Positions 63,051 to 64,000 of a DNA stretch of 64,000 nt are shown here, in pieces. Origin of the DNA: Raillietiella orientalis. Taxonomy: Eukaryota. The stretch lies in NCBI GenBank assembly GCA_036172245.1, contig JAYWIR010000083.1, positions 1 to 64,000 on the forward strand. Reading direction: 5' to 3'. A program made the translations under genes and the position numbers. The notes beneath the pieces were generated by a model. That model did not search any database and had not been told where the DNA came from. It saw nothing but the letters and a program-made list of their open reading frames with translations. Position 1 is the first letter of the stretch. Every line of letters begins with the position of its first letter.

Positions 63051-64000
63051 CGATTCTTGAGAAACACGAAACGATTTTTCCGAACGGCGGTCTCTTGCAT
63101 TGGGAACCAGGACTCCGGGAACCATCTTTCAGAGTTTCCTGGCTGCCAGGAGCGCTTCTTGTCGGGAATGCATGTAAGAACTTCTGTATCGCCTTCCCGG
63201 TATTGCGAATTCGACAGACTCCGGCTGAGGTTCATCTCTCTTGTACTATTCATCTCAGTTTTGCCCCATACACCCACATGAGTAGCCGCCCCACCTCGTC
63301 AGCGACTTCTCATCTTCTCATCTCATCGACTTCTCTCTCTCATCTTCTCATCCTCATCTCAATTCACTTCAACCCAGACTGGCAGATCGCCCCTCTGATC
63401 TCCTCAAGAACCGGAGGATAAATGAAACTCACTGCCCTTCTATTCCTTTGAAAGCAAAGGGGGGGCGATTTCTGCAAGATATTTTCAATGGCTGCTTCTG
63501 TGGGAGGGGAGAATGCTTCATGCTTTCCAGCATAGCTGCAGGAACAATAAACTAGAAGATGCGTTTAGAATTCAAAGATTGGCTTGTGGGCGTCCACTGC
63601 GAACGAAGGAACAAGCCGCCCTCTTCCAGTGGATCCTTCGCCTCACGAACTCGACTCGCCAAGTTTCTTCATTTGGAGCTTCGTCCCGTGGAAGATCTCA
63701 GGTACATCTTAACACTGGAACTCGCAGAAACCACGTACCTGCTGATTGCTCAATTTCTTCAATAGATCAAGCAGAAGTGTCGTTTCTACGATCTGCTAGG
63801 AACTTTGTCCTCGTCTGCCTCAGAGACCTGAAGCCAGATAAACGCATCTTCAAAAAACTTGGCCGTGGAGTTATGCTCAGATAGCGAGTAACGCATTCAC
63901 GTCAAAGATGCTGAACCTCTGGAGCATAAATCTTCAGGATGAATCCTCGAAGAAAACAACTTTGTAGGAATCCATCGGTTCCTGCGTATTTGTATGATGG

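Overview
This is eukaryotic DNA, probably from an invertebrate animal (inferred from the element mix), and it is almost entirely a mosaic of decayed, nested transposable elements. I cannot support any intact protein-coding gene, rRNA, functional tRNA or CRISPR array. Most ORFs in the track are frameshifted TE remnants or chance ORFs. Recognisable components: (1) About 12 copies of a long (~0.75-0.9 kb) SINE-like repeat with a tRNA-like head, two B-box-like motifs and a tandemly repetitive body. (2) More than 15 fragments of L1/Tx1-type LINEs (APE start, RT, CCHC C-terminus, zinc-knuckle ORF1). They share a 3' terminal signal AATAAACGTCCCGGCGTGACCGGGTGTTAAA, and several have visible 9-15 bp target-site duplications (TSDs) starting with (A)CC. 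(3) RLE-type (NeSL/Utopia/HERO-like) non-LTR fragments. (4) Very degenerate DIRS-like RT/RNase H and tyrosine-recombinase remnants. (5) Two copies of a palindromic mariner derivative. The most interesting signals are the apparent insertion-site preference of the L1-like family (including the same site in two SINE copies and a repeat hit at one site), the unusual SINE, and sharply bounded near-identical patches inside otherwise diverged repeats. All family assignments come from reading motifs by eye, with no database search. Boundaries are approximate unless a TSD is quoted.
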